Shown here piece by piece: positions 1-11,378 of a stretch of DNA of 32,315 bases. Source of the DNA: Octopus sinensis (Eukaryota). Every line of letters starts with the position of its first letter. Position 1 is the first letter of the stretch. The notes beneath the pieces are model-generated. The model searched no databases. It was not told the origin of the DNA and was given only the letters and a program-made list of their open reading frames with translations. The DNA lies in assembly GCF_006345805.1 (NCBI RefSeq), contig NW_021829621.1, positions 1 to 32,315 of the forward strand, read 5' to 3'. The position numbers were made by a program, and so were the translations under genes.

Positions 1-117
1 TTGGCAAAGACTGTTTAGTAGTTGGTGTCTAACGATTTGTACTAATGAAATATGAGCAAAAAAAATTTTTTAACCTACCAACGAAATTAGTGATAGAGTT
101 TACATACATACTTACAC

Positions 118-170
118 ACATACTTACACACATGCAGGCATATAATGGATATGAATATATATATTCGTAC

Positions 171-221
<51 letters not shown>

Positions 222-1560
222 CATATATATCACTATCCATGTTTGAATATGGAAATATATATAGATACATACACACACACACGCACATACATATATACAT
301 ATATATATACATATATATAAATGTATATATGTACATGTATATATACATATAAGCACATATACTATACATATATATATATATATACACATATATATATATA
401 TATATACAAATGCATATATATATATATATATACATACACATATATACTTATATATATGTACATATATATATATACTTATACTCGTACACACACAGGCGCA
501 GACACACACAAACACAACACACACACACCACACACACACACACACACTAACATTGAGTTGTTTATCCGTTGTTTATCAGGTACAATACAGCTAGTTGTAT
601 TGATGCAGTTATCGGAGTATATTATGGCAGGATAAAACAAGCCTTTTAAAAGATAGAAAGAAAACCAATTATTTTTTTTTTATGTTACTATTATCATTGT
701 CTTCCTCTCCTTCCTCCTCACCCTTCCCCCATTTTTCTCTTCTTCGTTTTGCTGTTGTTGTTGTTGTTGTTGTTGTTGCTGTATTTTACACAATATCATT
801 ACAAACAAATATAATTGACGTGTTTTGCTGTTCGAAAAATAGATTGTAAACAATAACGACACACATAACAAATATGTACTCATAAATGGTGCATGTATGT
901 ACGTATGTATGTTTATATGTATGTATGTATGTGTGTATGTATGTATGTATGTATGTATGTATGTATGTATGTATGTGTGCGTATATATATATATATGTAT
1001 TGTATATATGTAGAATATATATATATATATGTATATATATATATGTATTAGATACGTGTATATAAATATATATATATATATATATGTATTATATATGTAT
1101 TTATTTTTATGTGTATATATATAGATATATATGTATGTATATATGTATCTATATATATATATTATATATATATAATGATTTATATACGTATGTATATATA
1201 CATACATGCAGACATATGGATATATTCAGATAAATATTTAGGTATGTAGATATGTAATGAAGATATATATAAATATGTATGTGTTCGTGTATGTATACAT
1301 ATTTATATTTCTCCTCATATATATGTATATATATATATAATATATATTATATATATATATATATATGTATGTTATGCTACTTAGACATATTTATTCATTT
1401 ATATATCTATAATGTATCCATGCACATATCTGTATAGATAAATATTTAAGTATTTATACTCATACATATAGACACACATTTATGTAATGTATTAATATAT
1501 GTAAACACACATAAACACATACATACATACATATATGTGTGTATGTGTATTTATATATGG
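118..1560. repeat. Mosaic of (TA)n, (CA)n, (TATG)n and (TGT)n microsatellites
   Basis: Directly visible simple repeats; they generate the YIYI/HTHT/CVCV ORFs in the track. Confidence 0.95.
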
Positions 1561-2329
1561 ATATGTGTCAGTTAATGGGTATCTAAAAGCATATGGAATA
1601 CGTTTAACACGTATAAAGTTTAGAGAAACACGGCCACAAGTTTCGTGATATATATTGACACCATCATGCGTTCGAAGAGGAAAAGAGTTATATCTCTATT
1701 TGAATGTGTGTATGTGGATATGTGGGTAGATTCGTATATATTTATGTGTATATTTATGTGTTTGCATTTACGAGTATAGAATTCTAGATTTGTGTATAAG
1801 CGTGTATTTGTACGTATGTATATATGTTTGTGTTTGTGTATGTGCTGGTTGTCTCACGTGTTGGCGGGTATGTGTGTTTTTGTGTGTATGTTTCCAAGGT
1901 GAAAATACTCATTTATTTCTAAATTAATTGTTTCTATAACAGCTACCTATGTAGTATGTAGAAGCCAGCATAGGCACGCGAAAAACGCACTCACACGACG
2001 AGCTATAAAAGCACCCTCCCATACATGTCTCCCACATGAGTGCGCACACACATGTACACATGTATATACATTGTGATTTGTCATGCAATGCGTTAGTAGC
2101 TAGAAGTGGGTTTCTGTGTGTGTGTGTGTGTGTGTTTGTATTTAAAGATACGTACTCATGCGTACGTACATTTAAGTATAAATGTGCAATTGATCAGAAA
2201 ATTTGTTTCATATACATATTCACGTACAAATACGCATAAATACACACATATATATAACACATAGTGGACGTATTTGCATACTAACAAACACACACAAACG
2301 TACACACACGTGTGTGGGCGTAGATATGT

Positions 2330-2510
2330 ATATGTATCTATCTATCTATCTATATATCATCTATCTATCTATATACCTATATATCTACATATATATATAT
2401 ATATATATATATGCATATATATATTGCTCTCTCCTCTATATATATACATATATAGATATATATATTCGTATATATATATAAACACATATATACATACATA
2501 CATATAGATG

Positions 2511-2561
<51 letters not shown>

Positions 2562-2616
2562 GATATATATATAACATATACATATATACATTACATATAT
2601 ATATACATACACACAT

Positions 2617-2707
<91 letters not shown>

Positions 2708-2710
2708 ATG
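2330..2710. repeat. (TCTA)n/(TA)n/(CA)n microsatellite block
   Basis: Directly visible. Confidence 0.95.
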
Positions 2711-3139
2711 TTCCAAAGTGAATGGCAAGCAAACTAATATAGTTAAAATAAAGACATTGAAATATATTGAAACAGTTGTTTAGTACAGTTCCTATGATGT
2801 CGATTCAGTACATTTAGTGTTATCATCCAGCCCGTTAGTTATTGTTATCCAATTAAATGTGATTTGATACGCGGTACATATTTCTTTACATATTCATATC
2901 ATCATATTGTTCTTCTGATTAAACAATTTCTGTTTGACGATATATTTTCAACTAAGTTTCAGCATTCATACGTAGCTTTATGGTAACGGAGTTCGTTTCG
3001 TTCACCGTTGATCGAAGTGGCTTTGCGCAAGTGTTTTTCCAATGATGGCCACTTCTTTGTGAAGTGAAATATGATAAATAAAACTGCTCAGAATCTCTAT
3101 GTACTTGTTTGACTGTCTGTCTGGCTGGCTGTCTGGCTG

Positions 3140-3475
3140 TTTCTATATATACATACACATATATATATATACATATGCATAAGTACGTATGTTTATATAT
3201 ACATGTATGGTTATATGTTTATGTATACATATATACATATACATATATGTATGTATGGATATATATATATATATATATATATGTCTATATATATATAGAC
3301 ACATACACATCTATATATACATATATATATATATACACACATATATATATACATATATATACATATATTTATATACTCATATATACTCATATATATATAT
3401 GAATATACATATATATACACACATACACAATACACACACACTCACACACACACGCTTACACATATATATATATAC
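3140..3475. repeat. (TA)n/(CA)n microsatellite block
   Basis: Directly visible. Confidence 0.95.
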
Positions 3476-3610
3476 ACGGGTGTGTATTGTTGTGTATAGA
3501 AGAATATATTTCATAAAGAAATTCCAACTTTGATTTTCACGTTTTATTTACAATCTTGTAATAATGATATAATATAATGAAATGATAGAATATTGAAAGT
3601 CCATTCTGAT

Positions 3611-3654
3611 GGAACTAGTACTTTCATGCATTAAACTGTGCAATCTTCAGGTTC
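3611..3654 (-). ncRNA. Minimal type-I hammerhead ribozyme-like motif (probable Penelope-like element repeat remnant)
   Basis: Minus strand reads GAAC-CTGAAGA-T-TGCA-cagtttaa-TGCA-T-GAAA-G-ta-C-TA/GTTC. Stem I GAAC:GTTC, intact CUGANGA and GAAA boxes, 4-bp stem II, palindromic stem III (AGTACT), CUA cleavage triplet. The 10.1-11.1 pair is U.U. Confidence 0.55.
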
Positions 3655-4212
3655 ATATAGTAGTCGTGACAGTTATGTTTTACAATTTACAATTGCAGTG
3701 AGACGGCTAACCTCGGGTGATTAGGTGGAGTGATACTATGCTTAATGGCATGCATATTACACTCTAGACCAAGCGTTTATGTGGGCGGCAGTTTTTGGTA
3801 TGGCAGAATGACAAATTCAAGGTCTGTTCTGTGTTGCACACACTCTAGTCCCGTGACTGAACTGAGCACTCGTTTCGCAGTGTTGTTTAAACGAAACTCA
3901 GCTCCGACTGAGTAGACAATAAGATCAATGATATTCCAGTCACAACTATTTCCCCTTTATTTTCAGACAAACTAGATCTAAGGGCCCCAATGATTTTCTG
4001 TTAAATCGAACAAGCTATAATTGTTAGGAGCGGAGATTAGATGCTATTACTAGCAAGACGAGTAATTACATAAGGGTTTCAACAATGAATTGTGGTTAAA
4101 AGAAGATATTAAGTTAACTTAAATTAGAATAAGCTAAGAGAAATACATCAAATGTGGGTTACTTTACTTCTAGTCCTTGATAGCATGTTTTCTCCCCTGT
4201 AATTTACTCATA

Positions 4213-4628
4213 GGCATAGGCGTGGCTTTGAGGTAAATTTACTTCCTTAACCAGATACTCCGGGGTTCAGTACCACTGCGTGGCACCTTGGGAATCTGTT
4301 TTATATTATAGCCTCGGCCCGACCAAAGCCTTGTGAGTGAATTTGGTAGACGAAACTGAAAGAAACCTGTAGTGTATACATATGTGTGTGAATGTGTGTG
4401 TGTGGATGTGTGTGTCAATGATTGTCCCCCACCAGAGTTTGACAACCGGTGTTGGTGTTTTTATGTCCCCGCCCCCAGTATATTTGAGGTTCAGGAAGAG
4501 GGACCGATGCAATAAGTACCAGGTTTGAATAAGCTCTGCGGTCGATTCATTCACCAAAAAAATTCTTCAAACCAGTGCCCCAGCATGACCGCAGTTTAAT
4601 AACTGAAATGAGTAAAAAATAAAGGATA
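4213..4628 (+). mobile_element. tRNA-derived SINE family B, near full length, with internal (TG)n
   Basis: A-box-like TGGCTTTGAGG and B-box GGTTCAGTACC head, body ccttggg...ctatagcctcggcccgaccaaagccttgtgagtg, internal microsatellite, tail gtgccccagcatgaccgcag...actgaaa. Head matches 8762-8925; tail matches 7110-7160 and 17585-17640. Confidence 0.85.
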
Positions 4629-5009
4629 TTACAAACGCAAAATATCCTAACGTTTGTGATAATTCCATTTGACCTATTGTAATACATATATCTTCCTACT
4701 ACAGAATATTTTGAACTTTGTCCCATATATCTTAATACATCATTATCTGATAAATTTATTATTATATATAAAATAGTTACCGATGAAAAGAAAGGTGAAT
4801 TTAAGTAGTGTGAAGGTATTGTATTGTATCGCATTGCATTGCATTGTGCTGTGTCGGGAAAATGAGATATTACTTGTCAACTATAGCTTGCAATAGATGT
4901 TAGGCAATGCATTTATAATGTAATAGTGAGACGGAAATTAATTAAAATTCATATGCATTTATTAGCTGTCTATATGTAACTATATTTCACTCATTTTTTC
5001 TCTCTCTGT

Positions 5010-5236
5010 TTCTCTCTCTCTATATATATGTATATGTGTGTTTGTGTGTGGTGTGTGGTGTGTGGTGTGTGTGTGTGTGTGCTTGTATGTGTGTGTATGC
5101 TTGTATGTGTGTGTGCTTGTATATGTGTAGTACAATATAAATATACATATATCATTGTATATATGTCTCTCTCTATGTATATGTACATGTATATATATAT
5201 ATATCTGTATATATATATATATATGTTAATATATAC

Positions 5237-5300
<64 letters not shown>

Positions 5301-5301
5301 G

Positions 5302-5366
<65 letters not shown>

Positions 5367-5375
5367 TATATATAT
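5010..5375. repeat. (TG)n/(TA)n block, left flank of the transposon
   Basis: Directly visible. Confidence 0.95.
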
Positions 5376-5565
5376 ATATGGTGATTCAGTAGTCTCCATA
5401 CATAGGAAAATTTATTATTTTTTTATAAGAAACAGTTTATAAGAACAGTTTTTTTATGTAACAGGCTCTGTAGGGTTACCATTGTTTTGAATACACATTG
5501 CAAAACAGTTACGCCGCTCTTTTGTTTTTAGCTTGTTTTTGTTTTTATTATCAGATACCCAAAAG

Positions 5566-6850
5566 ATGCCATTGACAAAAGAACAACGAATTGAGATCAT
5601 ACAGATGGCCATGTCCAGAAGCAGTCGCAAGATTGCAGCAGAATTTAATAGAAAACATGGAACCAACGTAACACACGATACCGTTACAATGCCTATGATA
5701 AAGTTTAAAAAGCTGGGTCTGTTGTAGATCAAAGAAGAAGTGGTAGACCACGTACAAAAGCCGATGAAAACACAACAGTTAGAGTTCTCGCATCAATAAC
5801 TCGGTGACCCCGTAGAAGTACACGAAGATTGGCTGCTGACATTGGGCTCAGTCAACCGAGCATCACGTGCATTTTAAAATCAAATAAATGGAATCCATAT
5901 GAGTGAAGATGACCCAGATAGACGACTGGAATTTTCTGGATGAGCATCAAGCAAACTGAATGGTGACGCAAACTTTTCAACCAAGATCTTGTTTACTGAC
6001 GAAGCTAACCTATACATCAATGGAGAGGTTAATAGCCAAAACATGCGTTATAAGAGCAATTCCAACCCTCACTGGGTGAATGCAATGGAGATGCAAGGTG
6101 CTAGTAAAGTGATGGTTTGGGTGACAAAATCATTGGCGCAATTAAAAAAAAATATTTTTCACTACCCACAAGGGGCAAAACACAGAGAGGACAAACAAGG
6201 ACAGACAAACGGATTAAGTCGATTACATCGATCCCAGTGCACAACTGGTACTTAGTTTATAGACCCCGAAAGGATGAAAGGCAAAGTCGACCTCGGCGGA
6301 ATTTGAACTCAGAACGTAACGACAGACGAAATACGGCTACGTATTTCGCCCGGCGTGCTAATGTTTCTGCCAACTCGCCGCTATCCTTTGGTGCAATTTT
6401 TGCTAATGGAAATCTTAATACCGAAAAGTATCGCAACATGTGGCAAGAAGAAATTTTCCCATCACTGCTAAACGAGGACGAAAACTTTCCGGTTTACTTC
6501 CAGCAAGATGGAGCCCACCCCACCTCATTATGCTATTCAAGTGCGTCAGTCGTTGCATCAGACATTTATATCCAGAAGCCTGGATTGGTAGGCGTGGTCC
6601 AATTGAGTGGCCTCCTAGATCCCTTGATCTGACCCGTCTTCATTTCTATCTTTGGGGGCATTTGAAAGGCATGGTATATCGCGAAAAGAGAAAAGGCACA
6701 AAGCATTTGTAGGAACGCATCACCAACTCCTTTGCGCACGTATCACCAGATGTGCTGTTACGAGTTCACAATGAGTGGGGTAAACGTATTGCAATGTGCA
6801 TTCAAAACAATGGTAACCATATAGAACCTGTTAAACGAAAAAACTTCTTA
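5566..6850 (+). pseudogene. DD41D transposase pseudogene, frameshifted and SINE-interrupted
   Basis: Pieced frames: MPLTKEQRIEII...(HTH)...RSGRPRT...RRSTRRLAADIGLS...LFTDEANLYINGEVNSQN...KVMVW...YFQQDGA.PHY...WIGRRGPIEWPPRSLDLTRLHFYLWGHLKGMVY...CIQNNGNHIEP. After correcting frameshifts, 41 residues separate the QQD Asp from the third catalytic position (here mutated to His). Confidence 0.9.
6144..6381 (-). mobile_element. SINE family A inserted into the transposase
   Basis: Full family A sequence with B-box GAGTTCAAATTCC. Flanked by an imperfect duplication, ttggcgcaatt (6133-6143) and ttggtgcaatt (6388-6398). Confidence 0.9.
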
Positions 6851-6907
6851 TAAACTTTCATGTAAAAAAGATAAATTGTTCTATATATGGCGACTTTTGA
6901 ATCACCC

Positions 6908-6968
<61 letters not shown>

Positions 6969-6974
6969 TGTGCG

Positions 6975-7160
6975 TGTGGTTGTCGCCCAGTCATCGCTTG
7001 ACGAACGATGCTGGTGTGTGTATATGCCATTGCAATTTAGCAGTTCGCCAAAGATACCGATAAAACAACTATTAGGCTTACAAAGAATAAGTCCTAGAGT
7101 CGATTTCTTCAGAATAGCCGCAGTCAAATGACTGAAAGAAGAATAAAAGAATAAAAGAAT
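6975..7160 (+). mobile_element. SINE family B 3-prime half
   Basis: catcgcttgac...ttagcagttcgccaaag...aggcttacaaagaataagtcct...gccgcagtcaaatgactgaa...(GAATAAAA)n; similar to the 3-prime part of 4213-4628. Confidence 0.75.
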
Positions 7161-7195
7161 ATGTGTTTGTGTGTGTGCGTATATATATGTGTGTA

Positions 7196-7226
<31 letters not shown>

Positions 7227-7375
7227 ATGTATGTATGTATGTATGTATTATACACACATGTATACAAATAGAAGGTTGAGGGAGGGGCTCACATTACCTG
7301 ACCAGTCTTTGTTGTAGATTACCTCTGCAAACTGCTTTCAGACTGAAATTTTATTCCTTCGTTGAATATCCTGTC

Positions 7376-7560
7376 TACTATAGGCACAAGGCCAGGAATT
7401 TTGAGGCGGAGTTAACTCGATTACTTCGACTGGAACTTATTTCTTTTGGTTCCGAAAAGACAAAAGACAAAGTGGACTTCGGCGGAATTTGAACTCAGAA
7501 TGTAAAGGCGAATGAAATGCCGCTAAGCATTTTGTCTGAACGGTCCTGCCAACTCGACCC
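7376..7560 (-). mobile_element. SINE family A, degenerate, alternative tail
   Basis: aaagtggacttcggcggaatttgaactcagaatgta...gctaagcatttt matches family A; tail type shared with 21395-21606. Confidence 0.75.
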
Positions 7561-7654
7561 CTTTATGTCTTCATAATGGTACCCAACTTTCGGAAGGTTC
7601 ATTGGAACCAAAAGACAGCCCTTAACATAAAACCCCCAGAAAAGTTCCCTATAA

Positions 7655-7812
7655 CTGGTTTCTGCACAGTTTCCTTTCTGTGAAGTTCCATTTGCAAGGG
7701 TTTAAACTATCGGAGGCTAAGGAAGATCTACACCTGCCCAAATTACCGTGCAGTAGTATCGAACTCGAAACAACGTGGTTACGAAGTGAATTTCTTAACA
7801 ACAGAACCATGC
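7655..7812 (-). mobile_element. SINE family B head, highly degenerate
   Basis: Reverse complement gcatggttctgttgttaagaaattcacttcgtaaccacgttgtttcgagttcgatactactgcacgg...ttgggcaggtg resembles the family B head. Confidence 0.55.
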
Positions 7813-8761
7813 AACACCATTTTAAAAAAAAATACAGTAAAACAATAATTTAATTTAGATGCCACCACCGATGATTGATAAATAAATATCCAAGAAGATG
7901 CTTGCGTTTATCACAAGATGTTAGGACACTTTCTTAAACTTTCTTCGTTTTTTTGATATTACTACTAATTTTATCGTAGTTGATAGCCAGCGATTTTATC
8001 GTGGTTGATAGCTACTAATGTTTTTAGAAGTGGAACGTTAAAAGATAGTTTATCTCATTTTATTTCTAGAAACAAAGAAATACAAAAATCATTCGATTTC
8101 TTTGTTATAAAAAGAGAGAAATAAAAGAAAAGAAGAGAGAGAGATAAGGACAGTGTTAGTAATTAATTATTTTAGTTCATTTACTGAAAGTAATAAAGCT
8201 ATTATGATAAAGCAATTTTTCCTTCTTTTTTTTCTTCTTCTTAAAGGTCTCATCGCTGATGTCCAATATTCGAAAATGGACAAAAAATAAATAGAAATGA
8301 AAAATAAATATAAAAGTAGGATTAAAAAACAGAGAGTAATAAAAAAAACTTAAAAAATAAAAATTAACAATATGATAATGATAGTATTAGGGCAGAGGAT
8401 AGAGAGATAACAATATAAAAAAATAATAATAATATAAAATAAAAAATAATGTAAAATAATGAAAAAAAAATAACTGGAAATTTTCCCTGCGTTTGGCAGT
8501 TTGATGTTGATTTAATGACATAAGGGGAGAATGAATAAGGTTAAATTAGACATTCATCACCGCCATTTAATTTTTGCTGTTTCCCCTTTCCTACCGCCAT
8601 GTTTAGCAAGATGGCAGAAATAGATTTGGAGATGTCTTCTATTAAAAGCCTTGTTTATAGCACAATTATTCTTTACAAGAAACTGACAAAAATATATTGG
8701 CCGTGACTTTGATATTAATTTGCTCCAACGTTTAAAGAAAAAAAAAAAAGAAATTTCAAAT

Positions 8762-8953
8762 TAGGCGTGGATGTGTGGTAAGAAGTTTGCTTCGCAACCA
8801 CATGGTTCCGAGTTCAGTCCCACTGCGTAGCGCCTTCGCGTAAAATTATTCTACTATAGCCCCAACTCGACAAAAGCCCTGTGAATGGAATCGGTAGAAG
8901 GAAACTGAAAGAAGCCGTTGTCGTGTATGTATGTATATATATATACACACACA

Positions 8954-9032
<79 letters not shown>
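8762..9032 (+). mobile_element. SINE family B 5-prime half ending in (TA)n(GA)n
   Basis: ggcgtggatgtgtggtaagaagtttgcttcgcaaccacatggttccgagttcagtcccactgcg...ctactatagccc...gaaactgaaagaagcc followed by microsatellite. Confidence 0.85.
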
Positions 9033-9038
<6 letters not shown>

Positions 9039-10709
9039 AGACAGACAGAAAATTTGATGGCTGCTAGGCGGGCTTGAACCTACATCTCCTGTAAACATGA
9101 AACACGTTTTACCATTGTCTTAAAGTAAGCTTTCGCATATTTCTTTTTTAATTTTGAAACTTGTAAGTTAATGACGTCATAAGAATTTAGTTACTGCATA
9201 TTTCTAAGAAAAAAAATGATCCAACTTATCTAGGGAATTCTTTCAATCAAATGGTTAATCGATATTGACTGGGCACTATACAACATGAACAACAACAACA
9301 ACAACAACAGTAGCAGCAACAGCAGCCGTCCAAGAATTTGGACCTGGAGATCTCCATTTCCTGCGACTTCGAGGGCCACCTCCCAGTGGTGTCGGCCGTC
9401 AACGAAGAGCCCTCGACTACAAGAAGACGACCAAAGGTTTTGTTTTTGTTTTTCCAAGGTCTGGGGTCTCCCGTCCCTAAGCCCTAGATCATCACCTAAT
9501 CACCCTTACCCGTCTTGTTACTTAGCAACAACAATAACAACAGCAACAACAGCAACAGCAACCAGGAAATACCTTGGCGCGAACTCGTTATCAATGAATT
9601 TATCTATTTACTCTTCTGCTTGACTGGAATTGAAACTATGAAACATGAATATGAATTTCAGATGATATTTATTATACATATGATAAAATATCAGAACTTT
9701 TAGTCTTACAGATTAATAAATACCTCTCCAGCTGTTTCTTGTCTTCATAAATATTGCTTACATTATTCATAAATCTGTTCTTCAGATATAAAAGAACGTA
9801 AAAGTTGTAGAGAAAGCCTTGCTTATCGCCATTTCTAAAAGCAGCTGAATATTACAGCACTTTGTCACATTTTGTTTTATACAAATTACCACAATAAAAC
9901 CATTCTGTACACTGCAACTAAAATACAATATCTGTTTGAAAAAACGAGGCGTTATGTTTACAAGAGCGATGATAAAATAAAATAAAGTTTACATACGAAC
10001 TATTTGATCTTGAACTCGGAATTCGTTCTAATCACAAAAGGACAATATGTAAAGGTGCTTAAACATAGCCTGTATGAATAACTATCAGATCGAAACTCAT
10101 AATGAAATTCTGATTTTATCGTTTTTATTGCTATATTTTATATCTACCAGCCGGAAGTGTAGAAAGAAACGTTTTCAATCTTACGGAAGCATAATATCCG
10201 CTCTTTAGAGATAAAATGGCAAAACTGTGTTGGAAATAAGAAAAAGAAGCAAAAATACTTTGGAAGTTGGTATTGAAGTTAACATATATTCCAACGGTAA
10301 CTTTCTTTTGATTAGCATTAGTTTTGTTTCTAAGGTTAATTATTGACTTATACAGACTTAACCAGACATTTTTATGTTAAAACTTAATAAACAAAGATTT
10401 ACACTTTTGATTTTAATTCTTTGGAAATCTATAAAAGAAGGTGATGATAAAAAGAACGTAGTTGAATAGCACTATATTATTTTAGTGTTAATGTTTGTTA
10501 TATTCCAATTCCGCCACCTTTCATTATTACAAATATATATCAAGACGCCTAAAGCTCCATAATTAATTTAGAAAGCATTTAAGAAATAGATTGAAGTTTA
10601 TTATTAACTGTATTTTATAACGCCAGCAGTTTCAACCGAGAAACGTAACTCGTTATGAATTCATTGGTTGTTCGAATTGACGTTACATTGTCAAGAAAGA
10701 AAGAGAATA

Positions 10710-10910
10710 CGAGGAAAAGTGCTTAGTGGCATTGCGTCTGTCTCCATGTTCTGAGTTCAAATGCCGCAAAGGTCGACCTTGCCTTTCAACCTTTCGGGGT
10801 CGATAATATAAGTACCAGTCGAGCAATGGAGTCGATCTAATCTGGGTTCGATGTAATTGACTTACCCCTTCCCCCAAATTGCTGGCTTTGTGCCAAAATT
10901 TGAAACCAAT
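10710..10910 (+). mobile_element. SINE family A, degenerate
   Basis: gttctgagttcaaatgccgcaaaggtcgaccttgcctttcaacctttcggggtcgataatataagtaccag. Confidence 0.8.
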
Positions 10911-10925
10911 GTGTAAAGTAGTTAG

Positions 10926-11110
10926 GGCGGCGAGCTGGCAACTCGTTAGCAAGCCGTACAGAATACTTAGCGGAATTTCGTTCGTGTTCTTGTTCGGAGT
11001 TCAAATTCCCCCGAGATCGACTTTACCTTTCATTCTTTTGAGAGTCTATAGAATATGCACCAGTCGAGCAATGGAGTCGGTCTTATCGATTTATCCCCTT
11101 CTCCGAAAAG
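10926..11110 (+). mobile_element. SINE family A
   Basis: Head ggcggcgagctggca...cttagcggaatttcg...ggagttcaaattcccccgagatcgacttt. Confidence 0.8.
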
Positions 11111-11120
11111 GAGAAGTGCA

Positions 11121-11262
11121 TAACTGGCACTTAATTTATCGACCCCTAAAGGATGCAAGGCAAAGTCGACCTCGGCGGAATTTGAACTCAGAACGTAACG
11201 GCTGATGAAATAACGCTGAGCATTTCGCCCGGCGTACTAACGTTTCTGCCAGTTCGCCGCCT
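11121..11262 (-). mobile_element. SINE family A 5-prime part, inverted relative to 10926-11110
   Basis: gcaaagtcgacctcggcggaatttgaactcagaacgta...catttcgcccggcgtactaacgtttctgccagttcgccgcc. Confidence 0.88.
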
Positions 11263-11346
11263 GAGAACTACCATAAATATTGAAAACCTTTCTCTCGTAT
11301 TCTCCTTCTTCCTTGACACTATTATTGTAGTTGCTGTTGTTGATGA

Positions 11347-11378
<32 letters not shown>

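Larger units (their letters stand above)
5376..6910 (+). mobile_element. Decayed Tc1/mariner transposon, DD41D (rosa-type) with long TIRs
   Basis: Imperfect ~140-bp inverted repeats at ~5376-5524 and ~6770-6910 (ggtgattca..agtc.ccata.atag...acagg.tct.ta.ggttaccattgttttgaat.cacattgcaa). Both ends lie in (TA)n. Transposase motifs lie inside. Confidence 0.9.

Noticed and set aside
571-650. Short plus frame [22 protein letters not shown]
   Set aside because: Too short, ambiguous splice signals and no recognisable homology.
9058-9125. tRNA-like sequence on the minus strand (GGTTCAAGCCC B box)
   Set aside because: Cloverleaf incomplete; at best a decayed SINE head, and there is no second copy in the window to confirm it.
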